A stretch of 64,000 nt of DNA from an uncultured virus (IMG/VR IMGVR_UViG_3300024999_000036) (IMGVR_UViG_3300024999_000036); one strand, 5' to 3'. Shown: positions 30,891-42,781, counted from the stretch's first letter. The notes: generated by a model not told the origin, from the letters alone. Numbers and translations: made by a program.

Positions 30891-31547
30891 ATGTTTAATA
30901 AAACAAATTATATATATTTATTACTTTTACTAATTTTATTATTTTTATGTGGTTGTAGTCCTAATAATACACTTCAATCAAATGCAAATAATATAGACAA
31001 TACAATAAATGATCAACCTGAAAACAGCAAAATTTTAGATGAAAAATTACAAAGTTTAATTGAACTTGCTAAAACTTATAAAGGGAAACAAGGAAATTTA
31101 TTAAATGAGAATAAAATTGATCTTGGTGGTACTAATGGATATATAGTAATATTTACTCCTTATTTTGAAGTAACATTAGATGCGTTGAAAAATATTCAAA
31201 ATTATCAAGATTATAATTTAGAAAATGCTAAAAACAAATATTGTGAAACTAAGGATATATTTGCTATTTGTTGTTTTCTTTATGGTAATGAACCTGATTT
31301 TATGAAAAATTCTACAATAGTTATTAAAATTGGTGATAAAATAATCTATCCTACAGATAGTAGTAGTCAACAATTTTCTAATACATCTGAATATTTCCCT
31401 GATCCTGCTTATATTGGTGGATGTATTTCTTATTTTAATATTTCTGATTTAAGGGATGTAAAGAATTTCCAATTCACTATTGTTATTAATGGAAATGAAA
31501 CTAATTTTGATGTTGATTTGAATAAAATTAAATTTAATGAGTTTTAA
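30891..31547 (+). CDS. Lipoprotein moron (possible superinfection exclusion)
   Basis: SD GGAGGT; hydrophobic stretch and lipobox LCGC; own promoter 30828-30857; terminator at 31545-31573. Confidence 0.7.
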   Translation: MFNKTNYIYLLLLLILLFLCGCSPNNTLQSNANNIDNTINDQPENSKILDEKLQSLIELAKTYKGKQGNLLNENKIDLGGTNGYIVIFTPYFEVTLDALKNIQNYQDYNLENAKNKYCETKDIFAICCFLYGNEPDFMKNSTIVIKIGDKIIYPTDSSSQQFSNTSEYFPDPAYIGGCISYFNISDLRDVKNFQFTIVINGNETNFDVDLNKIKFNEF

Positions 31548-31604
31548 GAGTTGGTTAAGTACCAACTCTTTTTTATTTTTAATATAAAGGAGTTGGTAAA
31601 ATAA

Positions 31605-34600
31605 ATGTCAAATCAAAACGATCTTGCTATATATTTAAAAATCTTGATCGAAAATAATTCCAAATCAAACATAGTCACAGAAACAGATAAACTTATTCAG
31701 ACACTTCAGCAAAAACTAAATAAAATAACAATTGCTCCTACTATCAAACTCCCCACTACTGCTAATATATCAGATATTGTTAATAAAATAAATAAATTAT
31801 TATCTGCAAGAATTGAAGCAAGTGTTAATTTAAAAAATATTAATTTAGGTAAATCTGGTAATATACAAGCACCAGTATCAACACAAAATACTCAAATTGT
31901 TAAAGAATTAGATGGTACTGTAAAAAAATATACAGAAACAGTAAAGAAAAATGGTGAAGTAATACAAAAAACTACTGAAATTATAGATAAAAATAAAATT
32001 ACTAAACAGCAATCTGCATCATCTCAAGTAGTAAATAATATTAATAAAGAAACTGATGCAGTTGAGAAGTTAAATAGTGAATATGGTAAATTAATTAGAA
32101 CTGTTAAATTAAAAAAAGCCAATGGAGATCCATTAAGACAAGATCAAACTTATCTAAATTCTCAAACTGGAGTTAAAACTACTGTCACTTCTAGACCAAA
32201 TCAAGAAAATATTTATAGAACAGATAGTGATTTTGGTGCTAAGAAAAATGCTGATGCTTTAAAAGAACAGATGAAATTAGCAAGGGAATCTGCAAAAATT
32301 GCTAAACAGTCAAATGATTATCATCAATCGTATTATAAAGTACAACAGAAAGCATTTGATGATAATAATAAGGAATATTTGCGTGGAGTAAAATTAAGAG
32401 AAAAAGCAGATTTAGAATCAGAAAAAAATAGACAAAAATATATTCAAAATAGAGTTAAACAAATGCAACAAGAGCAAAAACAACAACAAATAACTACTCA
32501 AAATAATGTTAAATTAATGCGTCAAGAAGCAGAAGCAAGATTAAAATATTATACTAATAGTCAAAAAATAAAAGGTACTGATTTTAATGCTGAAAATGCT
32601 GAATATCTCAGAGGTGTTAAACTTAGAGAAAAAGCTGAACAAGATGCCCAAAAAATAAAGCAAAAACAAATTCAAGATAGTGTTAAATTACTACAACAAG
32701 AGCAAAAAGAAAGAGAAAAAAGTGAACAAAATTATATAAAATCTCTAAGACAAACAGCAGAAGAAAAACTAAGATTACATCAAACAAGTGTTAAATTAAT
32801 AGATCAAGAAAATGCCGAATATTTAAGAGGAATTAAACTTAGAGAAGCAGAACAACAAAAATTTATTGTAAATCAAGAAAGAATAAATAAACAACTCAAT
32901 ACTAAAACACAAAATGCATTAGGGTTGGGTGTAAAATTTAATAATCTATCTCCAGAACAATTAGCACCTTTAGAGAAAGCATTAAATAGATATAAAACAT
33001 TAATAAATAGTATGCAACAAAAAAATATATCTGGTCAAGTAGTTTCAGATAAAGATTTGGAAAGATTATCTAGATTAGAAAATGCAATTAAAAGGGTTTA
33101 CGATCAAACTAGAATCGCTAGTAAAGATTCTAGAGGTTTTAATTTTGAACAATATCCCAAAATGCAAAATGCCGTACATGGTGCTACTAACGCTCAAAAT
33201 TATTATAATCAATCTATTATGCATGGTAAAAAATTATTAGAGGCCAATATTCAAGAAACTGAAAAATACATAAAAGTAACACAAAGACTAAGAGATGGTT
33301 CTAAAATAACAAATGTAACTGCTTATGTTAATAAATTAACTGGTGAAACACATAAATTTAGTGAATCCATGAAAGATTTAATGACTAGAACATGGGATGT
33401 AGGTTCTGCATTTAAGACTGCCTTGCAAAAAATACAGCTTTGGGCAGGAGCTACTGGTTTAGTATATGGATTTATTAATGGATTAAAGCAAATGGGTAAA
33501 GAAATAATAGAAATCGATACAAAATTAACCGAATTAAGTAAAGTATTAGATAATAATACTGATTGGTCTAAATTAATGGAAGATACTGCTGAGAGTGCTA
33601 ATAAAATGGCAAGATCGCTTACAGAAGCGTTAGATGCTGAAATAGAGTTTGCAAAACAAGGTTTTGAAGCAATTCAAGCAGTAGAATTAGCAAGAACAGC
33701 GATGTTAGGTGCTAACGTAACTGGCTTAAAAACAAGTGAAATGGCTAATTATCTTACTGGAGCATTAGCACAGTTTAATATTGAAGCAGAAAAAAGTTCG
33801 ACAATAATCGACAAATTAAACGAAGTTGATAATAACTTTGCTGTGACGAGTATAGGTCTAGCGCAATCGATAAACAAAGCTGGTGAGGCAGCACAACAGT
33901 ATGGGGTTGATATAAATAGCTTGATCGGTTATACTACAGCCATACAAACAGCCACACGGGAATCTGGAAATCAAATAGGAAATATGTTAAAAACTGTATT
34001 TTCTAGGATAAATATGGATAAAACACAAGAACAACTTGTATCTTTAGGAATTGCTGTTAAAGATGTTACAGGTAATCTTCTTCCATTAAATTCCATTTAC
34101 CAATCTGTTGCGACCAAATGGGATGCTATGTCTAGAGCAGAGAGAACCGCTACTGCAGAAGCACTATCAGGCCGTCATCACATAACGAGATTAATGGCAT
34201 TATTTGACAACTGGAACATCGTGACAGATGCAACCGCTACAGCACAAACATCTTTAGGTTCAGCAATTGAAGAAAATTATAAACATTTAAATTCATTGGA
34301 AAGTAAAATAAATCTTAATAAAGCAGCATTTCAGGAATTTTCTTATGCTTTAGGTGAATCAGGTGTAAAAGGTGCTATGATTGCTGTATTAGGTGTTATT
34401 GCTCAATATATAAATGGTTTTACAGAACTTACACAAAATTATAATGGAGTAGTAACAGCAACATCTATTTTAGGAACAGCATTAATTCTTTTAATCCCTA
34501 AAATAAAATTAGAATATACTAATTGGATTTTAAGAAATAATCTTGTAGCTACTGCTATACCATTAAATCATAGACTAGCAATATCTTATACTATGCTTGG

Positions 34601-37600
34601 CAATATGATTAAAGGGGCAACTGTAAGTTTAATTGCTTTTTCTAAAGCAATGTTAAAAAATCCTTTAACATGGATAATTGTTGCAATTACTGCTATCCCT
34701 ATGTTCTTGGGACATTTAAAGCAAGTAAGAGAAGAACAAGAGCAATTAAATAGAACATATGAAGAAACTAAGAAAAAATTAGATGAAATTCTTGAAAAAA
34801 CAAATAAAATTGGTCAAACATCATTACAAGATATTAATGATATTGATGCGACTGTTAAAAAATTAGATGAATTAAAAAATAAACTTCAAGAAATAAATCA
34901 AGAACATAGGTCTGGTGCTTTTGGGTTTCAATCAGCATCAGTAAAAGATTTATCAAAAGAATTAAAAGATTTGGCAGCACAAATGGGAATAAATATTACG
35001 CAATATCATACAGTAGATGAAGTTTTAGAAGCAATAAAAGAAAAACAAGACGAATTATCAGGAAGTATAGGTAATGCAAAAGATAATTCAACAGAATATC
35101 AAAAAACATTGATAGATCAAGCTAGTAATCAAACAAAAGTTGCCGATAATAATGTTAAATTAATTGATACATATCAAGAATTAAGTAATAAGAGTAATTT
35201 AACAGCAGAAGAACAAAAGAAATTAAATGATATAACTGCAATATTAACTCAAAGTTATCCACATTTAATAGATGCTAAAGGCGATACTATAACCATATCT
35301 AATAAAGTTATTGAAGCAATAAGGAAAGAAGCACAGCAACAAAAGAAAACAGCAGATGAGAATGAAAAAGCAACAAAAAGACAAATTATAAGCAATAGAG
35401 GAAAACTTCAAGATCAAATTAAGACAAGTTTAGGTATAATAAAATCCCTTAGTGGAGAGATAACAGCATTACAAGCATTAAATAATGCTAAAATTGACAC
35501 AGATTATTTATCTGAAGCACAAGTACAAAATACTTTAGATAGAATGCAAGGGAAAAATACACCATATTCTAGTGGTGTTGATATATTATTAGGGGAAATA
35601 AAAAGTCCTAATTCTACTAAATTAAATGCATTGCGTAATAAATACAAAGAAGAAAAAAATATATTAAAAGAAGCATATGATAGTATAGCGAGTATTGATG
35701 ATGCTTTAAGTAGTTCAATATCAGATTTAACTCAATCAACTAAAGATAGTGCAGATTCATCAAACTCCACATCAGAAGCAAAATCAGCAGAATCTCTAGC
35801 ATGGGAAAAAGTAACAAATAATATCAAGTCATACGACAATGCTCTTAAATCCTTAGAGGACACCACTTCTAATATGATTAAAGGTTCTAAAGCACGTAGA
35901 GATTCCCTACATGCTGAAAACTTAAAAATAAAGGAGCAGATCGAATATTTAAAGCAACAAAGAAGTGGATTAAATAGTACATCTGCTTCTTCTAATTCTA
36001 ATGTATATACTCCTACATCAACAGGTAAAGCAAAAGGTATATTAGATATTGCATTAGATTCATTAGGCACTCCTTATAAATGGGGAGGTAACGATCTTAA
36101 AATTGGTGTAGATTGTTCAGGATTAGTACAACAAGCATATAGAGAAGAAGGAGTAAGTGTTCCTAGAGTAACATATGATCAATATAAACAAGCACCAATT
36201 AAAGGATTAAAACAAAATGAGTTACAACCTGGAGATTTAGTATTCTTCAATAATTTAGCACATGTTGGAATATATATGGGCAATGATAAATTTATTGAAG
36301 CACCTCGTACTGGTTTAAATGTAAGAACATCAACACTATCTTCAAGAAGTGATTATTATGCTGGAGCAAGATATTTATCTGGTGAAGGTACATCACTAGT
36401 AACATCCTCCTCTAATTCAAATCTAACATATGAAAAACTAGCAGAAGATCGTATTAAACATCAAGAAGAAATCAATGCTAAGATATTAGAATTAGAAAAG
36501 AAATTTGCTGAAAACTCTAAAGAATGGTACACAGATTTATGGTCAGAGTCGGATAACATCATTAATGAATTTGAGCAGAAAAGTAATTTCTCTAAAATGT
36601 TTTCTGAAAGTATGTCTAAGTCATCTCCTAAATATAGAGAACAATTAGACATACAAAAAAATAGCACAATAGGTATTCAGAAACAATTAGCAGAACAAGC
36701 TAAACAAATGGATCAAGCTATTGAAAACATGAAAAAAGGTATTATAGAAGGTACGTTTAAAGATGAGCAATTCTTAAATGAAACAATAGAAAAAAGAAAA
36801 GCATTATCTGCTGAATGGTGGAATAAGCAAAAAGAAATTATTGATAAGCAAGCAGAAATAACATCTAGTGAAGTTGAAGAATTAACATATAAAATTGATA
36901 AATATAACAACATAATATCTATTTCTCAAGCACAACAAGAAATGAATGAAAAAGGTAGTATAGAATATAATAACGCTTTAAAAGATGAAGTTATTCAATA
37001 TACTAATATAGCATCTGCTCTTAAAGCAAAACAAGTAATATATCAGAAAGAATTAGCTGATACTCTTGTTGGAACATTGAGATATGAGGAATTACAAAGA
37101 GCAATTTCAGATACAACTAAAGAAATAATAGACAATGAAAAAGCACTATATAATAAAAAAATATCTATAGCAGACGATATTATATCAATATACAAAGACA
37201 CATATGAAAAACAGAAAGATTATGCTTTAGATGCTATAGATGAACAAATTAAAGCAGAAGAAGATCGTCATGAGCAAGCAATAAAAAATATTGAAGACGA
37301 AACGAAACAATATGAGGATTCTATCAATGAAAAATTAGCCCTATTAGATAAGCAAGCAAATCAAGAAGATTATACTAAAGATTTAACTAAACTACAAAAA
37401 GAAGAAGCAGAAATTAAAAAGAAAATAGACGTATTAGCATTAGATGATAGACACGAAGCAAATGCTAAAAGAATTGATTTACAAAAAGAATTAACAAGTA
37501 AGCAGGAAGAAATTGAAGAATTACAGACAAATCGTTCAAGAGAGTTAAGGAAAGAAAATCTTGAGGATCAATTGGATGCATATAAGAAAGACAATGATGC

Positions 37601-38543
37601 AAAAAAAGATTCAGAAGATGATAAGTATGACACTATAAAAGATAATTTGGATGATCAAAAAGAGATTACTGAAAAGTATTATGAAAACTTGATAAATGAC
37701 GAGAGAAAGTTTGCTCAAATTAGAGAGGATATTATTAAAGGCAATTTCAGTAATATTCAAAATGAATTATCTAATTTTGAAAGTATTGCAAGTTCTAAAT
37801 TTAAAAGTTTAGGTACTAATATACAAACTAATTTTATTAATCAAATTAAAAATGCTTTATCTGCATTGCAAAGTTTTAATGATGCTAGTGGTGCTGATAT
37901 TGGTGGTAGTAGTGGTTCATCGAGTAATAATTCTGGTTCGAATAATTCTAGCAATCATAGTCAGTATTATCCTTGGAAATCACAGATTAATAATATAATT
38001 TACGATAAGAAAATGTGGCAACAAGGATATGAAACTGGTAATCAACAGATGATGAGAGATGCTGAAAATGAAGCAAAAATATATTATGATCAAATTCCAG
38101 ATAATATTAAAAGTTTATTACAAGGTATGGACTATACTTCTGCTAAAAGTTGGTATGATAGTAATGTTTACCATGAGGGAGATGTAGTTGGTGGAAGTGT
38201 AAAAGGATCAAGAATAGCAAATATTATAGATAAATTATTTAATAAAGGTCAGAATGAACAAATATCTAAATTACTTAATGGTGAAGTAGTATTAAGTAAA
38301 CGAGGAATTGATAATTTCGTTCCAATGTTACAAAATATGGTATCTAGTTTTACTTTACCTTCATTTAATCTTCAACCGCAAGGTGCTGGTGGATTAAAAA
38401 TTGATAGTTTATTAACTATTAATGGTAATGTAGACAGAGCAGTTATGCCACAATTAGAGGATTTGGTTAATAAAACAGCAAATAAAGTGGCAGAAATACA
38501 AAAGAAAAATTTAAATATGAGTGGAATATTTAGGAGAGTGTAA
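31605..38543 (+). CDS. Tape measure protein with NlpC/P60 peptidase domain
   Basis: 2312 aa; TP901-like core (DKLNEVDNNFAV, TRESGNQIGN); LGTPYKWGG..DCSGLV..HVGIY. Confidence 0.92.
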   Translation: MSNQNDLAIYLKILIENNSKSNIVTETDKLIQTLQQKLNKITIAPTIKLPTTANISDIVNKINKLLSARIEASVNLKNINLGKSGNIQAPVSTQNTQIVKELDGTVKKYTETVKKNGEVIQKTTEIIDKNKITKQQSASSQVVNNINKETDAVEKLNSEYGKLIRTVKLKKANGDPLRQDQTYLNSQTGVKTTVTSRPNQENIYRTDSDFGAKKNADALKEQMKLARESAKIAKQSNDYHQSYYKVQQKAFDDNNKEYLRGVKLREKADLESEKNRQKYIQNRVKQMQQEQKQQQITTQNNVKLMRQEAEARLKYYTNSQKIKGTDFNAENAEYLRGVKLREKAEQDAQKIKQKQIQDSVKLLQQEQKEREKSEQNYIKSLRQTAEEKLRLHQTSVKLIDQENAEYLRGIKLREAEQQKFIVNQERINKQLNTKTQNALGLGVKFNNLSPEQLAPLEKALNRYKTLINSMQQKNISGQVVSDKDLERLSRLENAIKRVYDQTRIASKDSRGFNFEQYPKMQNAVHGATNAQNYYNQSIMHGKKLLEANIQETEKYIKVTQRLRDGSKITNVTAYVNKLTGETHKFSESMKDLMTRTWDVGSAFKTALQKIQLWAGATGLVYGFINGLKQMGKEIIEIDTKLTELSKVLDNNTDWSKLMEDTAESANKMARSLTEALDAEIEFAKQGFEAIQAVELARTAMLGANVTGLKTSEMANYLTGALAQFNIEAEKSSTIIDKLNEVDNNFAVTSIGLAQSINKAGEAAQQYGVDINSLIGYTTAIQTATRESGNQIGNMLKTVFSRINMDKTQEQLVSLGIAVKDVTGNLLPLNSIYQSVATKWDAMSRAERTATAEALSGRHHITRLMALFDNWNIVTDATATAQTSLGSAIEENYKHLNSLESKINLNKAAFQEFSYALGESGVKGAMIAVLGVIAQYINGFTELTQNYNGVVTATSILGTALILLIPKIKLEYTNWILRNNLVATAIPLNHRLAISYTMLGNMIKGATVSLIAFSKAMLKNPLTWIIVAITAIPMFLGHLKQVREEQEQLNRTYEETKKKLDEILEKTNKIGQTSLQDINDIDATVKKLDELKNKLQEINQEHRSGAFGFQSASVKDLSKELKDLAAQMGINITQYHTVDEVLEAIKEKQDELSGSIGNAKDNSTEYQKTLIDQASNQTKVADNNVKLIDTYQELSNKSNLTAEEQKKLNDITAILTQSYPHLIDAKGDTITISNKVIEAIRKEAQQQKKTADENEKATKRQIISNRGKLQDQIKTSLGIIKSLSGEITALQALNNAKIDTDYLSEAQVQNTLDRMQGKNTPYSSGVDILLGEIKSPNSTKLNALRNKYKEEKNILKEAYDSIASIDDALSSSISDLTQSTKDSADSSNSTSEAKSAESLAWEKVTNNIKSYDNALKSLEDTTSNMIKGSKARRDSLHAENLKIKEQIEYLKQQRSGLNSTSASSNSNVYTPTSTGKAKGILDIALDSLGTPYKWGGNDLKIGVDCSGLVQQAYREEGVSVPRVTYDQYKQAPIKGLKQNELQPGDLVFFNNLAHVGIYMGNDKFIEAPRTGLNVRTSTLSSRSDYYAGARYLSGEGTSLVTSSSNSNLTYEKLAEDRIKHQEEINAKILELEKKFAENSKEWYTDLWSESDNIINEFEQKSNFSKMFSESMSKSSPKYREQLDIQKNSTIGIQKQLAEQAKQMDQAIENMKKGIIEGTFKDEQFLNETIEKRKALSAEWWNKQKEIIDKQAEITSSEVEELTYKIDKYNNIISISQAQQEMNEKGSIEYNNALKDEVIQYTNIASALKAKQVIYQKELADTLVGTLRYEELQRAISDTTKEIIDNEKALYNKKISIADDIISIYKDTYEKQKDYALDAIDEQIKAEEDRHEQAIKNIEDETKQYEDSINEKLALLDKQANQEDYTKDLTKLQKEEAEIKKKIDVLALDDRHEANAKRIDLQKELTSKQEEIEELQTNRSRELRKENLEDQLDAYKKDNDAKKDSEDDKYDTIKDNLDDQKEITEKYYENLINDERKFAQIREDIIKGNFSNIQNELSNFESIASSKFKSLGTNIQTNFINQIKNALSALQSFNDASGADIGGSSGSSSNNSGSNNSSNHSQYYPWKSQINNIIYDKKMWQQGYETGNQQMMRDAENEAKIYYDQIPDNIKSLLQGMDYTSAKSWYDSNVYHEGDVVGGSVKGSRIANIIDKLFNKGQNEQISKLLNGEVVLSKRGIDNFVPMLQNMVSSFTLPSFNLQPQGAGGLKIDSLLTINGNVDRAVMPQLEDLVNKTANKVAEIQKKNLNMSGIFRRV

Positions 38544-38588
38544 ATTGCTACACTCTCCTAATTCTCTTAATAAAGGTGGTGAAACTTA

Positions 38589-39359
38589 TTGTTCACAAAC
38601 ACAACTTTTAAATTTAATGATAAAGTATCTTCGGAATTTGGATTATATTTAGCATCATTAGATACTTCTACAAAAAATGCTCCTTTTGCTGTAGAACGTA
38701 CTATAAACGAAGAAAAAGTTCGTAATAATCCTATTCCTTTCTTTTTTGGTATAGATGAAAATCCTCTTTATTTTAAATTAACTATGTATAGAGAAGAAGA
38801 ATGGGATTATGATACTAAAGTAGAAATAGTTCGTTGGTTGTTCCAAGATGAATATAAACAATTTATTAGCGAAGATCATTCTCAAATAATTTATAACTGC
38901 ATTATAGTAGATGACCCTGAAAAAATACTAGTTGGGAATGTTCAAAGATTAATTGAACTCACTTTCCGCTGTGATAGTCCTTGGGCATGGAGTCCGGTTC
39001 TTAGCACTAATTATGATTTATCTAACAATACAACTACTCAAACTATAACTATGGTAAATAAAAGCAATATCGTAAAATATTATTATCCTGAAATATGGAT
39101 TGAATCATTAGAAGGTGGTATTATTTCACTTCAAAATTATTCTGATGGTGGTAGAGAATTTACATTTTCAAACTTACAAGTTAATGAGACTATTTATGTG
39201 CATAATCAATTAAAACAAATAGAAACTGATGTTCCTAGTATCTATAGGTTGAAAGACTTTAACAGAAATTGGTTAAGGTTAAATTATGGTATAAATAATA
39301 TTGTGGTAACAGGTAAATGTTTAATTAAAACACAGATGCAATATCCAATTGCTATTTAA
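38589..39359 (+). CDS. Distal tail protein (Dit)
   Basis: Directly after the tape measure; FRCDSPWAWS; WLRLNYGINNI. Confidence 0.8.
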   Translation: MFTNTTFKFNDKVSSEFGLYLASLDTSTKNAPFAVERTINEEKVRNNPIPFFFGIDENPLYFKLTMYREEEWDYDTKVEIVRWLFQDEYKQFISEDHSQIIYNCIIVDDPEKILVGNVQRLIELTFRCDSPWAWSPVLSTNYDLSNNTTTQTITMVNKSNIVKYYYPEIWIESLEGGIISLQNYSDGGREFTFSNLQVNETIYVHNQLKQIETDVPSIYRLKDFNRNWLRLNYGINNIVVTGKCLIKTQMQYPIAI

Positions 39360-39373
39360 AAGGTGGTGGAATA

Positions 39374-42300
39374 ATGTTTGATATTAATGAAAATTTAAAG
39401 TACGAATATCAATTAACACTTTGTAAATCAAACAAAGAACCAATACAAATGTTAGAAAGTATTTATGGTTTAAAATATGAAGGAAAATTTCCAACAACAG
39501 ATGAAATATCTTTTAATATTCCATTTTATATAATGAATAATGGGAAAAAAGAAAAAAATAAATTATGGGATTTAGTTAAAGGCGATTATTTAATTCATTG
39601 TAAAAAAATATATGATGAAAATATAATTGATGAAAAATATTTCTTTATTGTTAAACCTAAAGAAAGTGATAATGATAAAGAAGTAAAAGAAATTTTAGCA
39701 TATTCACTTGAATACGAGTTAAATAATAAAATAATTAGAGGATATAATTTATTATCAAGAAAATTATATAGTTTAACTAATGAAATAGATACTGAAGGAT
39801 TCCAAATAGGTGTACTAAACTATATATCTACATTAACGTCTTGGACTATTGGTGATATTGATGCAGAATTACTTAATAAATTTCGACTATTCGATGTAAC
39901 TGAAGAAACTATATTAGGTTTTCTTGTAAATACAGTTCAAAAATCTTTTGGATGTGTTTTTATATTTGATACTGTAAATAAAAAAATACATGCAAAGAAA
40001 ATTGAAAATATAGGTAAAAATTCTGGACTTTACCTATCAGAAGAAAATTATATTAAAACATTTGAAAGACAAATAGATCATGATGAGATTATAACTCGTC
40101 TTTTTGTTTTCGGTAATAATGATATTTCGGTTAACTCTATAAATCCATCAGGAAGTAGCTTCATTGAGGATTTTAGTTTTTATAAAAATACAAATTATAT
40201 GTCTCAAAGTTTAATTGATAGTTTAAATGCATATGAATCTTTATTAGAAACAAAGACAGGAGAATTTAATGGTTATTTATCTGAAATAGATAATTTTGAA
40301 AGTCAGTTAACTATTAAAACCAATGAATTATCCCAACTCACTATAGATTTGTCTGTGATCCAAGATAATATAGATATTGCGATAAAAAATGGAAATAGTT
40401 TAACTGATTTAAATACTCAAAAAGCAAATAAAGAAATTGAAATTGATAATAAAGAATTAGAAATAACAGCAATTCAAAATCAGATAAATGCTGTTTATAA
40501 TAATATTTCAACATTGAGGGAATCAATAAAAAAAACTAATAATTTTACATCAGAGCAATTAATTGATTTAGATTTTTTTGTACGTGAAAAAACTTGGACA
40601 GATACTAATTATGAAACAGCAGAAGATTTATGGAATGAGATTCCTAATATTTTTTCCAAAATCAACCAACCGCCAATTACTTTTGATATAGATTCAATTG
40701 ATTTCACACAATCAGTAACTTGTCAACGTGATTGGAAGCGTTTTATACTAGGGGATATTTTAAATATTGAGCATAGTAAATTCAATTTTTATATACAAGT
40801 TAGATTGATTGGTTACTCTCATGATGTTGATAATTATAGTCTAAAATTAAATTTTTCTAACAAAGATAGCATTGATGATCCAAATCAATATATGAATGAT
40901 TTATTGAAAAATGCGATAACTGCTGGAACAACTGTCGATTATTCAAAATCTAAATGGAATAAATCAGAGGATAATTCTAATCAAATTGCTAATATAATAA
41001 ATAATGCCTTAGATAGTGCAAAAAATAATGTTTTAGCTGGAAAAAATCAAGATGTAATAATTTCTGAACGTGGAATTTCTTTAACTGATATAACTAATCC
41101 AAATGAACAAATGAGGATTATTAATAATGTTTTGTGTATGACAGATGACAATTGGAATACTGCTAAACTAGCAATCACACCTGGAAAAATTCATTCCGAA
41201 TATTTGTTTGGCAAAATTTTAGCTGGTGTAAATGTACAAATTGATGCTTCAGATGAATTAGGTAATAAAACATTCACAGTAGACTCTTCAGGCGTAAAAA
41301 TTTCCGGCCTAGCACTAGAAATTACAAACGGAGGCATACCAGAATCACAAATAAACCCAACATCTGTATCAAATTGGAATTCAGCACAAGCAACAGCAAA
41401 TAATAGCATACAACAAGGGGTATCATATAGTAATGGATTTAAATTTGATCCAAGTGTTAATGGAACAGGATTAACAGTAACTTTAGGTGGTATAGGAACA
41501 TATTCAAATAAAGTAAGAAGTGTTCTTAATGCTATTGAAGGTATTAAAATTCAAAATCGTCCAACAATTTTGTTAGGCGAAGAAGGATTAGGCAATGTTT
41601 GGAGTAATGCTGTAGATCAATTAAAAATTGATACAGATGGTAATTTACTTTTATCAGGAAAAATACAAATTGGAGATACTTTTTCAGTAACTCCAACAGG
41701 TGTTTTAAGTGCTACAGGAGCGACTATTTCTGGAAATGTTGATATTACAGGGACATTAAAAATTGCAGGCATAGATATATTAGATGAAATTGATGGTAAA
41801 ATAAGTTCTTCTGGATTAAATAATCTAGTAAATATTAATATAAATAAAGGTGTAACTGCAAGAAGTTATTTTGATGAAAATGGTAATTTAATTATGGATC
41901 ATTTAGCAAGTATTACTTGGAGTAAAGTAGATAAAACAGGTGCAGTTGCTGCTGATGTAAATGCAAGACCTAACACATGGACTCCTACTGCTAGTGAAGT
42001 TGGAGCAGTAGCAAATAATCAAACATCAGTATTTAATACATTAACAAATAATGGTACTCTACCAGGATTATTCATGGATAGTGGGCAGTTATATATTAAT
42101 GCAAGTTATATAAGTGCAGGTATTTTACAAGGATTAACAATCAGAACAGCAAATACAGGAAATACAAGAGTTGAATTAAGTTCAGGTTGGGCAGATATTA
42201 ATATGTATCATAGTTCAGCTAATATATTTAGAATAGAAGATAATGTAATAAATACTGTTCTTTATAATCCTTCGGGATATGGTATGATAATTGGCAATCA

Positions 42301-42409
42301 AGGTTATGGAACAGTTAGTTGTGCAGGAGAATGGGATTTTAGTGAGGCATCAATAGATTTTACAAATGCGCCAATTACTGGATTAAACGTGGTTGCAAAA
42401 CTTGGTTAA
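39374..42409 (+). CDS. Tail spike / Tal-like hub protein
   Basis: After Dit; IITRLFVFG prophage-tail domain, coiled coil, beta-rich C-terminus. Confidence 0.8.
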   Translation: MFDINENLKYEYQLTLCKSNKEPIQMLESIYGLKYEGKFPTTDEISFNIPFYIMNNGKKEKNKLWDLVKGDYLIHCKKIYDENIIDEKYFFIVKPKESDNDKEVKEILAYSLEYELNNKIIRGYNLLSRKLYSLTNEIDTEGFQIGVLNYISTLTSWTIGDIDAELLNKFRLFDVTEETILGFLVNTVQKSFGCVFIFDTVNKKIHAKKIENIGKNSGLYLSEENYIKTFERQIDHDEIITRLFVFGNNDISVNSINPSGSSFIEDFSFYKNTNYMSQSLIDSLNAYESLLETKTGEFNGYLSEIDNFESQLTIKTNELSQLTIDLSVIQDNIDIAIKNGNSLTDLNTQKANKEIEIDNKELEITAIQNQINAVYNNISTLRESIKKTNNFTSEQLIDLDFFVREKTWTDTNYETAEDLWNEIPNIFSKINQPPITFDIDSIDFTQSVTCQRDWKRFILGDILNIEHSKFNFYIQVRLIGYSHDVDNYSLKLNFSNKDSIDDPNQYMNDLLKNAITAGTTVDYSKSKWNKSEDNSNQIANIINNALDSAKNNVLAGKNQDVIISERGISLTDITNPNEQMRIINNVLCMTDDNWNTAKLAITPGKIHSEYLFGKILAGVNVQIDASDELGNKTFTVDSSGVKISGLALEITNGGIPESQINPTSVSNWNSAQATANNSIQQGVSYSNGFKFDPSVNGTGLTVTLGGIGTYSNKVRSVLNAIEGIKIQNRPTILLGEEGLGNVWSNAVDQLKIDTDGNLLLSGKIQIGDTFSVTPTGVLSATGATISGNVDITGTLKIAGIDILDEIDGKISSSGLNNLVNININKGVTARSYFDENGNLIMDHLASITWSKVDKTGAVAADVNARPNTWTPTASEVGAVANNQTSVFNTLTNNGTLPGLFMDSGQLYINASYISAGILQGLTIRTANTGNTRVELSSGWADINMYHSSANIFRIEDNVINTVLYNPSGYGMIIGNQGYGTVSCAGEWDFSEASIDFTNAPITGLNVVAKLG

Positions 42410-42427
42410 AAGGAGAGAATATTTAAT

Positions 42428-42781
42428 ATGATAATAAATACTTCTATATATTTAAATAATAATATTATAAATTTATCTAAAGTTATAATTTTGTTAAATA
42501 ATATTATTTACATAAACATTATAGATATGTGTAATATTTTAAATATAAATAAAGCTATAGATGTTAAATTTAATATTGATAATAAATATATTTCTATAAT
42601 TAAGAATAATAAAGAATTAATAATATACAATAATTCAATATTATTTAATAATATTAATTACAATAATATAGGTTATATGTTTTATGGTGGTATGCTATAT
42701 GTTCCTATAAAAAATATTATTGAATTATACGATGGTAATTATATGGAAGATAATAATAGTATCTATGTAAATAATATATAG
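42428..42781 (+). CDS. Small Asn/Ile-rich protein, stalk (copper amine oxidase N-terminal-like) domain
   Basis: SD AAGGAGA; GGMLYVPIKNI motif. Confidence 0.5.
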   Translation: MIINTSIYLNNNIINLSKVIILLNNIIYINIIDMCNILNINKAIDVKFNIDNKYISIIKNNKELIIYNNSILFNNINYNNIGYMFYGGMLYVPIKNIIELYDGNYMEDNNSIYVNNI

